DNA of 64,000 bases, taken from assembly GCF_009914755.1 (NCBI RefSeq), contig NC_060934.1; one strand, given 5' to 3'. Position 1 is the stretch's first letter; each line of letters begins with the position of its first letter. Below are positions 1-15,584 of this stretch, in pieces. The notes under the pieces are model-generated. The model was not told the DNA's origin and did no database searches. It saw only the letters and a program-made list of their open reading frames with translations. Source of the stretch: the human T2T-CHM13v2.0 reference genome, Homo sapiens. Position numbers and translations under genes: made by a program.

Positions 1-74
1 TGGCATTCAAGACAAAACTCAACAGCGTCAACTAGATGACACTGCTGGGAGTACATTAAAACAATAACAACAAT

Positions 75-316
75 AATAACAACTAACACTTGCATAGTGC
101 AAACTGTTGTAAGAATCTAGGTACTTCTCTAAGACTTACGTTTAACCCTCACAAAAACCCTATGAGGAGATACTACTATGCCTATTTTATAGATTGGAAA
201 CTGAGGTACAGAAAGACCACATCATGTGCCCAAGATCACATGGCTAATAAATGCTAGGCCACAATTTGAACTCAGGCTGTCCAGCCTCCAGTGTCCCCAT
301 GCTGAATCACTATCCT
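75..316 (-). mobile_element. MIR SINE relic
   Basis: Antisense MIR core: aaccctatgagg...gaaactgaggt...gcccaagatcaca...tttgaactcagg. Confidence 0.8.
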
Positions 317-527
317 CTGAAGTAAGGGTTTTTAAAAATAAATCCTTGCTAATAGCACAATCACACTGCAATGTTACTCATTAAAAGCATCTACCTCTTA
401 GCATGGAAACACTTGACATTTCATCATTTTTTAGTATCTCAGGAGTCTCTAAAAGGCTTTAGGTCAGGCTAGAAACAGCCTTTCTTCTTCCAAGGATTGC
501 TCTTACTCTAGAGAAAAGTAACACACA

Positions 528-836
528 GGCCGGGAATGGTGGCTCATGCCTGTAATTCCAGCACTTTGGGAGGTCAAGACAGAAGAATCGCTTGAGTTAA
601 GGAGTTTGAGACCAGCCTGGGCAACATAGCAAGAAACCATCTCTACCAAAAAAAAAAAAAAAAAAAATGTAATTAGCATGGCGTAGTGGCACGCACTTGT
701 AGTCCCAGCTACTCGGGAGACTGAGGCAGGAGGATAGCTAGAGCCCAAGAGTTTGGGGCTGCAGTGAATTATGATCATGTTACTGCACTCCAGCCTGGGC
801 CACGGAGTGAGACTCTGTGTCAAAAAAAAAAAAACA
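528..836 (+). mobile_element. Alu (AluJ-type), full length
   Basis: GGCCGGG start, two arms, A tail; TSD AAAAGTAACACAC at 514-526 and 837-849. Confidence 0.95.
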
Positions 837-2224
837 AAAAGTAACACACTTCTGGAAAACAATCATAGAGCCCCGTGTGTGAGCCTCCTCTATGCTGCAG
901 AGGCACTCTTTATTTGGCCATGTCAGGTCCTCAACTCAAATCTCTCCAATTAAGGAATGAGTGAGAGCTTCTCTGTTCCCAATAACATGATGCCAAGGCT
1001 CTCTGAGGGCTCAAGCCCTATCCTAGCCCCTCCAAAAGCATGGCAGCATCGGCGCGGGAGGGAAGTGCAGGGCACCTCGGCCAAGGTGCTGAGAGGTGTT
1101 GAATTATGATCCCAAGTATGCTGGAGGAAAACACTGTGTACAATTAGTATTTGATATATGGACAGTGGGATTTAATCACTCACAACACAACTGTTAACCC
1201 TCCCCAGGAAGGCACACTAGGCACTGTAGAAACGGAACTGAATGAGGCACACAAGGGCTCCGAACGGAGGTAACAAACACAGTGACAAATCACTCCAGTA
1301 CAGTGTTGTTAGGAAAGTAGGTCATGGCATGGACAAGCGCTGCACGAGCCTGGAGGAGGGGGTTTCCCATTTTGCATAGAGAATTTGTAGAAAGCCTTTA
1401 AGGATTTGCAATCCTTGAAGAATTTGCAGTCAGCCTTTAAGGATGAGCAGGTGTTGACTCAGCTCAGCAGAGAGAGCTGGAAGAAAGACAAAGGGAGACT
1501 GCAGGAAGATGAGTGAAAGCAAGGCCCCAAACACCATCCAATCTGCAATAAGCCTTCTGCCTTTGAGCAAACTTGCCTGTTAATTAACTGACTTAATGAA
1601 CATTTACTGAGTACCTTCTATTTGACTCATCATACTTGAAACTTTGGAGGGGGGTGCGGCTACCTGGAATTCTTAACAAATGTTCTAGAAAGATAGAGCT
1701 AGGTATTTCTCAACTAACTCTTATAATGCATATTTATCTTCCAAAACTGAAGTCAGCAGGGGCCATAGGAAAAATGCAGAGTTAGGCACACTCGCACTCT
1801 ACCCACCCCTCCTTGAAGATGGGGACGGCAACAGGGTTTTAGAGCATCTCCATCTTCAAGTTTGACTCCTGCTCTGACTCCTTAGATTATGTCTGTTGGG
1901 TTGGCATCCTTTTTAGGACTGTCAGCAAAAGATCCCACTCCCAGTGGGCCTTGGGGCATGCCTGTTCCCATTAGAGCAGCTATTGATCAGAGACAGATGC
2001 CACCATGTGCAAGCACAGTGAGGTTGCCACGTCATCTCTAGGGACGTTGGATGCCAATCTGGCTCTTTGTTCTTTATCTCTTCATTGCCCCCAAATACTT
2101 TAGAAAAAAAATATGCTTGCATTGGAAGATCTAGTTTATATTTTGGTGATCAAAGAATTCTACATCTCAAATGGGCCTCCTTTATTTACATTTTTTAGTG
2201 TGTGTATTCTTTGAATACTCATCT

Positions 2225-2535
2225 CTCCTTTGCATCTGACTAACTCCTCGTCACCCTCCAGACCTCAGTGCAAATGTCACTTCCTCCCGGAAGCCTCCTT
2301 GGCACTACCACCATGCCCCAGACAGAATTAAGGGCTGCTTATGTGGTCCTATCCTTCTCTGGACTTCTGCCTTTATCACAACACATTTTAACTGCTGTTT
2401 TATTTATCTGACTCCTGATGGCAAATTATAAAATTCTGTGATGGTAAATCTCCTTGTTCATCATTGTATTCTCAATCCCCTAATACAGTGTAAGCAACAT
2501 ATTAGGTAGTCAGTAATTATTTGCTAAATTAATTT
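2225..2535 (+). mobile_element. L2 LINE 3' end relic
   Basis: aaatgtcacttcctcccggaagcct...cttgttcatcattgtattc...tagtcagtaattatttgctaaattaa resembles the L2 3' end. Confidence 0.7.
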
Positions 2536-2924
2536 ATTGTTTAATCAATACTAATGCTTTAAATGACTACACATCAACAATAAGTAATTTTGTTACTTCA
2601 AAATGAAGTACATTCTGCTCTTTAGATTGTTCATATTTCTTTAGCGAGCCTAAGGGTAGAAAAATATAGGTATCTCAGTCCTTCTGAAGTGCTTCGTAGA
2701 AATCCCAAATTTAGAACTTGCACAATTTAGGAGTTTAAATGAAAAAGTGCTGTAATTCCTAGTCCCATTTCCGACTGCTAGGGAAACTTTAAATCAGATT
2801 TCCAACAACATATGGTAGAGCTCTCTCCCTATTCCCTTCCTTAGTTCTCCCTTCAAAAATTTATATCATATGGTACACTTTCCTTTTCTCCCTCATTCAG
2901 GAAAAGGTATATGAATCTTGCTAT

Positions 2925-4647
2925 TGTGGCTGTCTGTTGAAGTTTGTCAGAGAAGTCAGGGTCAGGGGAGGGGCATACAAAATTGATTTATGGTATCAGT
3001 GAATCAATACAGTGTGTTAGTAGATCTCTGCCCCACCACATTTAGGATAACCTTGATGAGGTTATGCCCCTTTTTTTCTTATTTTATTTCCTATCTCAAT
3101 TTTAAAGATTGATACACCTTTAATGAATTGTTAGCAACAATTTTAAACAATAAATAAACAGCTCAGCCTACACACTTCTCAAGTTCTTGAAGTGTTCTCT
3201 TTAAATGCAAATAAAAGAGCTCTCAAGTCCTTGGGAGTAAAGGGTATGGAAAGGGAGCTCTTAAGGGAATCATAAGAAATGCATAATTCATAATAATAAT
3301 AATAATAATAAGGATCTTTCATGGGACTCTTTCTGTCTTGGTAGTGGCTGAAGCCAACCAAGCAAAACTTGCAAAGGACATGGCTAGCCCGGTTTTATTA
3401 CCCTTATCCCTCATATACCTCTGAGATCTAAAAGGATTGGGGTTGAAGTATGATTGGAAATTGAAGCATTTCTTTACAAAAAGTTGTTAGAGAGTTAGGT
3501 ACTTTCCTCCCATCGTACTTAGAGGGTTTGACATGTGTTCATCGAGTCTGCAGAAGGCAGTGAACACAGTGGACTAATCTGATGCATATTGGAAAAGCAG
3601 TGTATTAGTCTGTTTTCACACTGCTAATAAAGATATACTTGAGACTGGGTAATTTATAAAGAAAAAGTTCAATGGACTCACAGTTCTACGTGGCTGGGGA
3701 GGCCTCACAATCATGGCAGAAGGAGAAAGGCAAGTCTTACATGGCGGCAGGCAACGAGAATGAGAACCAAGCAAAAGGCGAAACCCCTTATAAAATCATT
3801 TGGCTGGGTGGGGACATAGCCAAACCATCTCAAGCAGAAAGGCAGCAGCCAGTAGCCAGAGCAACTGAATGGAAGAGTGGCTGAGTGCAGACACACCAGT
3901 ATTCCCAGTGTTTTTTGGACAAAAGATACATGAATATTCTCTGTGAACCAGAAGACTGCTCAGGAGAGAGAACTGGCCTGGAGGGGGCTTCAAACCTAAG
4001 CTGGGAAAGGACCCAGGATTATGGGGAGCTGAGGGAAAAAACATAAACAGTCACAGAGAACATGCATCTGAGGCATGACACAGGCAGTACAGTCTAATGT
4101 TCCCAGTGTAGGCCTCCAGAGAACCCACAAGTACAGCCCCAAAAAGATCGGCTTTGAAATTCCCCCAAGCCCAGAGTCAGCTTGAATCATCCGCCACAGC
4201 CAGCAGAATCCATCGCCATATGACATTGGTGCCAGTCAAACTTGACCTTTCCTGTCCCTGACATGTCCTCCGTATTCCCTCTCCTAGTGAGTAGCTGGAG
4301 CTATGGAGAAAGTAGCAGGAGTTGAGGGTGGAGGACCAAGGTGAGGAAGTCTAGAGGAAGCTAGCCCTGCCCTACTCCAGGCCCAGCAAGAAGAATCTTA
4401 AGTGAAATCTAAAGTGTTGATTAACACCTATGAATGGATTTTTTTTTACTGAAATGAGATTATCTTTGTGACAATAAGTAACTGGAAAACTTTTTATTAT
4501 CTACAGGTGACTAGAAGCATCAGGGGACCTGCCCTAGACACACCCAGAGGGCAGAGGGGAACTAGTTCCAAGGAGCAGGTTCAAGCACATGGTGGGGAAA
4601 AGAATGAAGCTGTTTTCTCCTTGTGCCCTCCAAGGTTCTCCTCTTAC
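2925..4647 (+). mobile_element. Ancient Gypsy-type solo LTR (LTR85/MamGypLTR-like), interrupted by THE1
   Basis: TG start (tgtggctg) and CA end (cttaca); 3' part aagaatgaagctgttttctccttgtgc resembles mammalian Gypsy LTR ends; family call from memory. Confidence 0.5.
3601..3832 (-). mobile_element. THE1 MaLR solo LTR with internal deletion
   Basis: tgtattagtc...ccaaaccatctca termini; 5-bp TSD AGCAG (3596-3600, 3833-3837); 232 bp, shorter than the ~350-380 bp THE1 copies elsewhere in the window. Confidence 0.9.
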
Positions 4648-4734
4648 AATATACTACTTACCTCGTTTCTCCTGGAATTCTCAATATCCTGCTAGCCCAG
4701 CAGGTTGAAAGATGTCATCAGCACGGTGACCGGC

Positions 4735-4945
4735 TGAGATCAAATCCCATTTTTGCACTTAATGGTTTGTAGGAAAGTAGACAGAATGCTATCCTCCACG
4801 TACCTTGATTCACTTATCTGTACGATGTGGATAATCGTAGGATCTACCTCATGGAGCTATTGTGAAGATTTAACAGCCACAAAGATCTTAGATCAGGGTC
4901 TAGCTCATGGTAAGTGCTCAATCAATGATAGCAATTATCATCATC
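4735..4945 (+). mobile_element. MIR relic
   Basis: ttatctgtacgatgtggataat...tacctcatggagctattgtgaagatt...catggtaagtgctcaatcaatg. Confidence 0.75.
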
Positions 4946-5396
4946 CTCTTCATTGAAGACCCTGATGTTCATCAAAAATTTAATGCTCATTAACCTCTAA
5001 AGAAAAAGGAAAAGAGAAAGAGATGAGTAAGCATTTGGAATCTTGCTCCACCCAGAACAGAGCTGATGCCACTAGATGTGAGTCCCTCACAGGGCAACAA
5101 CATCCTCTTTTCTAGAATTCTATCTCCCAGACCCAGTTCCACACCTGCTCATAGTCATTGCCAAGAAAGGATTCTTGAGCAAATGAATAAAGAAGTGAAT
5201 GGATGAATGCCTATACTGCCTACACCCTGACCACCTTGATCTTGTTGCTCTGGGGCCAGATGAGTAGTTAGAATCTCTCATATTTCCTTACCCTCAAGGG
5301 AGGTGCCTCCTGATTCTACTGTGGCTCTTCAGAAACTCTTCCCAGCATGAGGCCCTCACTCCAGACTCTTGACAGCTGAAAGAGAATTGTCCTAAG

Positions 5397-5881
<485 letters not shown>

Positions 5882-6481
5882 TCCTGTTATTTTTTGACTG
5901 TTTAACAAAATCCATGAGGCTGTGGAGAGAAAGGGGGACATTGATACACTCTTGGTAGGAATGTAAATTAGTCCAGCCACTGTGGAGAGCAATTTAGAGA
6001 TTTCTCAAAGAACTAAGAGTTGAACTACCATTTGACCCAGCAACACCGTTCCTGGATGTATACCGAAAGGAAAATATATTGTTCTACCAAAAGGACACAT
6101 GCATTCATATGTTCATCACAGCACTATTTACAATAGCAAAAATTTGGAATCAACCCAGGTATCCATCAAGAGTGACTGGATAACAAAAACGTGATACATG
6201 TACACCATGTACTACAGCCATACAAAAACAATGAAATCACGTCCTTTGCAGCAACATGGATGCAGCTAGAGGCCACTAACCTAAGTGAACTGAGGCAGAA
6301 ATGGAAAAGCAAATACTGCATGTTTCACTTATAGGTGACAGCTAAACATTGGGTACTAATAAAGTGGTAACAGTGGACACTGGAGACTACTAGTGAAGAG
6401 AGGGGAGAGAGGGAGGGGAGCAAGGGCTGAAAAACTACCTGAAAAAAAACCATAGTAGTACTATGTCCACTACCTGCGTGA

Positions 6482-6824
<343 letters not shown>

Positions 6825-6825
6825 T

Positions 6826-6960
6826 TATATATATATATATACACATATATATATGTGTACATATATATGTATACATATATATGTATACACATATATGTGT
6901 ACATATATATGTACACATATATATGTATACACCTTGTTACAAAGGTATATATATATACAC
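6826..6960. repeat. (TA)n/(TATG)n/(CATA)n compound microsatellite
   Basis: Directly visible, immediately after the Alu tail. Confidence 0.9.
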
Positions 6961-7019
6961 CTTTGTAACAAACCTGCACATGTACCCCCTAACTCTCAAA
7001 TAAAAGTTAAAAACAAAGC

Positions 7020-7580
7020 ACTGTTCTAAAGCATGGCTTTGATTGCATCATCCACTGCTTAAAAATCTCAGAGAGTTCCTTTTAAAAGTCCATGAACTAA
7101 AGCTACTAAATAAAGTCCTCACTCCTTAGTCTCAGGCCCTTCCAACACAGCCCAGTCCAACTTTCTAGCCTCATTTCCTGCCACTCCCCTCCATTCTCTC
7201 TAACCACACTGGGCTGCTTTCCCTTTTAGGGACTCTCCAGTGGCCCTGCCTCTGCACTGTTCCCCAGGCCTGCAGTGCTCTTTTCTCCTTCCCTCCTGAT
7301 CAAGTCCTAGTCATCCTTGAAGACCTGATCCAAATGTCATCCTCTGTGTCACTTTCTCCAAGTCCCTCCAGGCATGCTGTGTGGCCAGAACATACCGTAC
7401 ACAGCCTTGCTATCACCCTTGTGCGTTGGCATTGTCTGTTACATGTCTATTATGTTACTAGATTGTCTTTGCCCCTCCAGCCATGACCATGCTATTTATT
7501 TTCATTTGATGCTCCAAGCCCAGCACAAGGCTTGCCAAAAGGGGCAATTTAGCACACATATGATAAATAAGTGAATTCCA
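7020..7580 (+). mobile_element. L2 relic
   Basis: ccactgcttaaaaatct...aaagtcctcactccttag...caaatgtcatcctctg...cccagcacaagg. Confidence 0.65.
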
Positions 7581-7630
7581 GACTGTGGTTGCCCCAGTTG
7601 ATATCTGTTGCCTGCTCCACACATGTTTAC

Positions 7631-8047
7631 TGTATTAATCAACTATTGCTATAATAATGGTGCACAGCAAAACACACACACATACACATCCAATCTCCAA
7701 CAATGAACATTTATTTTTCTCACTCAGCTAGGGCAGCTCTGCTTCAGGCAGCAATTTGGCTGAGCCTTGGTTCCAAATTGCAAGTTGGGTTCAGGTTTGC
7801 TCTACACACATTTCCTCATTCTGGAGCCGGGAGCTACATGTGTGCACACTGCACACATTAGATCTGCTAACATTCCACTAGCCAAAGCAAGTCACACGGC
7901 CAAGATCAATATCAGTGGAGCAGGGAATATACCCTGTCCTCCACAGTGTCAACAAAGCCGTGGCAAGGCATATAGAGGTATAATATTATAACAGGGAGCC
8001 AATCAAGAATTGGGAAGGAATCATTGGAAATAATAATCTAACCTACA
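7631..8047 (-). mobile_element. Old MLT1 MaLR LTR
   Basis: tgtattaatcaactattgct...ctgctaacattccactagccaaagcaagtcacacggccaag...aatctaacctaca. Confidence 0.7.
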
Positions 8048-10665
8048 AAATGTACCTTTTCCCATTTTGGGGTCGTCACTCATCTTTGTTCATTCTGCTC
8101 AGATGACATCATAGAACCTGCTGACTCCCCAGGGCACAACCTGAAGCCAGTAAACTCATTCTTGTCTTACTCCATCCTTGAAGTTTCATCTACCATATGC
8201 CTAAAGCTGGAAACCCAGAAGGAATAGACCTAGCCATTGTATTTTTTATTTATTTTATTTTTATTTCTGCTCCCACTCTATTGGGATCAGCCATTGTATT
8301 TTTAAAAACATCATTTGCAAAGTCACTATATTCATTAGTGGAAACTCTCATTGTTAGAGAAATACCACTCCACTCTGTTATGGTGAAAACACAATTTCTG
8401 TTCTTTCACAAAATGCTACAGGCTGTGAAATTTCTCTTTACCCACCCAATCTCTCTATTCATAACCACACCTTCCTTGCACTAGAGGCCTATTCACTATG
8501 ATTTTAGCTTTGCCTAATCTAAATGCTGACAAGCCACTCTCCCTAAACCAGTAAGTAGAGGGGGACCAGTAGGGATCTCAGATGATTTCCATGGAGGTGG
8601 GAGAGAAAGCAGCAAGCCCCTCCCCACCCCCTACATACATGTTCTATTGCTAAGGATTACATCACACTATAGGTCTTTTCCAGGACAGGGCAATGCCCTC
8701 TAAAAGTTTGCTGTGACTTGTCTCTGTGAGTTGTTTAGAGACAGGTAGCAGCACGTAGCACACCTCCAGCTTGTAAACCTCTCCTCTCCCCCTACTCAGC
8801 CTTCCCATCTGCTTTTAGAAACCAGCCAAGACATCATCCAGTATCCACACAGATTTCCAGAGAACAGACGGCAGATTCTATGTCAAAGCAGACAACACAC
8901 GTGACATAGTCAAAAGATCCTAGCACATAGTCAAAAGATCCTAGCAGTTAGGAGATGGGGGTTCTGGCCCTGCCACTAACTGTGGTGACCTGAGGTAGGC
9001 CCCTTCACCTTTCCGCACCTCTGTTCCCTTTCTGAGCTCCTTTTTCTCTGTTTCAGCCCATTGTTTGACTCCTTCATAACTTAATAGGGTTTGTAATCAT
9101 TTGATTTATGGATTTTTCTTTTTACTTGCTCTTAGTCTGTGCTCCCCACTAGAGTGTAAGCCCCTTTGGGCGATCTGATTATCCCATTGAATACCCAGCA
9201 CTTGGTACATTGTCATCAGTCAGTAAATATCCATTTAAATTAATGAATGAATAAATTGATATCAAATGATCTAGTTTTAATATTCTATAACTTTTCATCT
9301 ATTAAAGCAAAAACAAGTGAACATATATGAAAGAAAAATTAGCTTGCTTTGGTAGTTCCCAGGGACGAAATGGGGCAATGGATGACTAAGTGAACATTTC
9401 CTGTTCATCAGCCTCCTTCTTATAACACTTCGTTAGGATCGTAGGGAACAATTTATTATTTTTATATGTCTAACATAACCTGAGTAATTGTGAGCACAGA
9501 AATTGGAAAGTCTTTATCTTTCTGGCATTTTCTCGTCCTTCCTAGCATTTCTTTCCTGATTTGATAAATCGTTTTAATCAACACTTACGTACATGTTCTA
9601 GTCTACTCACCAAGTCTAGGCTAGTTTCTCCATTTCCATTATGCATTTGTTCCTTGGAATTTTTGCATTACTTCTACCCAATCTTGCCATTAACCCCAGA
9701 GAATTTAAGATCAAATTGAAACTTAAAAGTACAAAAATGTTCAATAGAGTCCTTCAGACCAGTCCAATTTTTGTGTTAGCAGAAACCATCTGGGCAAAGT
9801 CACTATAATGAATGCCATTAGCCACTGTTTCTCAATATAATATTAATATTTAATTAAGACTATGCTGATGGTTGGTCAATGACCCTAGTCTCCATCCTCG
9901 TGCCTCTCCACAGCCATTGAACTTCCATCCAATCAGGCCATCCCAAGCTAGTGGACCAATCGCAGATCATTGCAGCTTATTTCTCCCACATACACACACT
10001 CTTTTATTTGGTGGGTTTGGCCAGAATTTTCATCCTCTCTTTGCTTATTTGTGTCCAAGCAGCTAAGATGATGTATCTGGTATTTGCTGTTCATAGTTGC
10101 TCCTGACAGAGAAGTGAAGAGCTGCGTTTCCTTGAAATGTCTTTTCCAGAAAGATATAGATTTGATCCTCTGTTCTGGCCTTCTGAGAACTTCTGGCTAG
10201 GGCAAAAACATTTATGTGATTTCAGATGTTTATGGCAAAAGTTAAACCAAACAACCGATGCTTTTGTTTAGAGTTTTGCCCTATGTGGTCAAACTGCCAT
10301 GCCTAAGCTTCTTTCCCATTTTCCTTCATTCTTCCTTCATCCTACTCAGATCAAACCATGCCTTGTTCTTCCTACAAGCTTGGTGCTTTCCTGAATCCTT
10401 GCCTCCTGAATAGTCAGCCCTGAAGGTTCAATACACCTGTTGCCTCCTCCGTAAAACTGTCTTAGATCACCCTAAATGGAAGTAATCTGAACCCCCATGG
10501 CACTCTTACTTCTCTTATAGGACTTTTCTTTCTCTACCTTGCCTTATAGTTTTTTATAAAATTGTTTGTCTCCTACATGAACAATAAATTACTTGTACAT
10601 AGGAACTATCTCTTCTTCATCTTTATCTCTCACAAAGTGATCAGTATTATTGTTTGGTTGGATGA

Positions 10666-11158
10666 TGTATTAGTTAGTTCTTATACTGCTAATAAAGATA
10701 TACCAGAGACTGGGTAATTTATAAAGGAAAGAGGTGTAATTGACTCACAGTTCCACAGCGCTAGGGAGGCCTCACAATCATGATGGAAGGCGAAGGAGGA
10801 GCAAAGTCACATCTTAACACTACAGCAGGCAAGAGAGTGCGTGCAGGGGAACGCCCCTCTATAAAACCATCAGGGCCGGGCAAGATGGCTCACACCTGTA
10901 ATCCCAGAACTTTGGGAGGTCCAGGTGGGCGGATCATTCGAGGTCAGGAGTTCGAAACCAGAGTGGCCAACATGGTGAAACCCCCTCTCTACTAAAACTA
11001 CAAAAATTAGGTGGGTGTGGTGGTGGGCGCCTGCAACCCCAGCTACTCGGGAGGCTGGGGCAGGAGAATTGCTTGAGCCCAGGAGGCGGAGGTTGCAGGC
11101 AGTGAGCAGAGATCGCACCATTGCACTCCAGCCTGGGCAACAGAGCGAGACTCTGTTG

Positions 11159-11198
<40 letters not shown>

Positions 11199-11358
11199 CA
11201 GATCTCGAGAGACTTATTCACCGTCACAAGAACAGCACAGGAAAGACCCACCCCCATAACTCAATTGCCTCCCACTGGGTCCCTCCCATGACACATGGGA
11301 ATTATGAGAGCTACAATGCAAGATGAAATTTGGATGGGGACACAGCCAAACCATATCA
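10666..11358 (-). mobile_element. THE1 solo LTR interrupted by an Alu
   Basis: tgtattag...ccaaaccatatca termini; TSD GATGA/GATAA. Confidence 0.9.
10874..11196 (+). mobile_element. Alu (AluS-type) with tail converted to (CA)n
   Basis: ggccgggc start; (CA)n at about 11163-11196. Confidence 0.95.
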
Positions 11359-12259
11359 GATAAATAAAATGTCTCTAGCTTGTGATATGAGACATCTGTT
11401 ATACATTTGAAACTCAATACATATTATTAATAATAGACAACTTTATTATCCTTTTCTAACTCCAATGTCAGCAGGGAGCTGGAAAGCTAGTCAATGAACT
11501 AGAGAAGAACATAGGGAGAGTTGTTTGTCTCTGTGTACATTCAGGTGTCCAGGTATATTACAGGTTTATGGCAGGAATATTCATTCCACACTGAGCCAAG
11601 TAAGTGATAAACTGTCTACAAATAGAGGGCACCAGCACCTCCTACTGGAAGAAGGTAGGACATGCAGGTACTGATAGAGAAGTTTTATTGGAAAAGGTAA
11701 AGGATACAAGGTCATTTTCATCCTTGTTTGGTTGACTTGTACTTGTACTTGTTTGTTCAGGTATAACCCATGAGTTTGGGACACAGCGAGTGAGCATATA
11801 TAGAACAGAATAGAGGTGGGATGTTTCCAGGTGCCTGGTTAAGCCTGGAAAAACATTACCCAAGACAGTCCATGAACGTATAACGAGACCTAAGAGCTGA
11901 AAGCACAGCCAAGGGAGTATTCTGCATTGGGATTGGAAAAGATGACAACATTCAAAGAACTAAAGGTCTGAGGAAAAGCTATATTGGTGATATGAGCAGC
12001 AAAGTTGGTAATCTTGGGAGTCACAAGCAGAGAAACAAGTAAGGTATGGATCAGTCAGGTAATTTTGGAAAAGTGCTTAGAGAAGAAAGTAAGATACAAC
12101 CCAAGACCTCCAAGAACTCATTCACCAAGTCTTTTGTTATACTCAATGAAACTCTGTTTCCACACTCCATTCATCACTTCAGGAAGCCAAATTACTGCTT
12201 CATTTACTCATTCAAAAATATCTAAATAAAAAATATTATTGAGAGATATATCGAATATT

Positions 12260-14750
<2,491 letters not shown>

Positions 14751-15139
14751 ATGTTTTCATCCAGACTGGGAACAGGTGCCTTTGACATCCCAGATGCTCG
14801 GGCCTGGCTGGGGCAAGGTGCACTTACCATCCCTGAGCCAGTCTAGCTGCACAGTGGGGAAGTGTGAGATGCTGCAGAAGCTACCGCATAGCCCACAGCC
14901 TGACATTCCAGAACCTTGGGACACTCTGGAGCATCCACAGGGAAAAGATGTATGCCAAGAACTCAGCCTCGGCCTGCTCAAATACACACCATTCTGAGTT
15001 TCTATGAAGGTGGTTATGTCCAAGATTTCCCAGGACAATTCATTCCAATAAGGAGGAAAGAGTATGAGGATTCGAGGAGCAGGGCCAGGGTAGTGTTCTG
15101 ACCAGGATGGGTAGCATGGTGGGGAAGAGCATGGGCTGC

Positions 15140-15345
15140 CTCTGTTCAAATTCTAGCCCTGCCTCTCACTCAGCTGCGTGACCCCTGGCAAGTTACTAAT
15201 CCACAGCTGTGCTTCAGTTTTCTTGCCTATAAAACAGAGGCCAATACTGGTGACTTTAGTCAGAGTATCAAGTACAAGATGCCCTTTTCTGGCACAGATG
15301 GGAAATACTTGATAAATGTTCATCTTTTATTATTTTATTATTATC
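15140..15345 (+). mobile_element. MIR relic
   Basis: gttcaaattctagccctgcc...gtgacccctggcaagttact...cttcagttttcttgcctataaaac. Confidence 0.75.
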
Positions 15346-15480
15346 ATTGCTCGCTTTCCGGTTCTGGAGTTGGGGAGACCTTTCCTCATCGAACAATCAA
15401 ATATGCGCCTGCCAGGCAGAGGCCACAAGCACTGCTGGGCTGCCATCAACCTTGTCTGGTAGCCTTCTTCTCCTACTCAG

Positions 15481-15584
15481 ATACCTTAGAGACAAAACTT
15501 CTTGAAGCCCAGGGCCATGAAGTTTTCCTACTGCTGCAGGAACTCAGGCAAGGAGCCAGAGTCCCAGGCCTCTGCTGAGGCTGC
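15481..15584 (+). other. Candidate non-coding exon (104 nt)
   Basis: ccttcttctcctactcAG acceptor and TGC|GTAAGG donor; stops in all three frames. Confidence 0.2.

Noticed and set aside
503-862. Alu-derived ORFs (PRLECS..., SQSAGITG...) throughout the ORF track
   Set aside because: Standard Alu translation artefacts.
14757-15149. 130-aa ORF in unique sequence (also 17725-18231 and 25153-25581)
   Set aside because: No recognisable homology; this ORF and 25153-25581 start at non-ATG codons, and the latter two run into MIR, MLT2 or L1 sequence.
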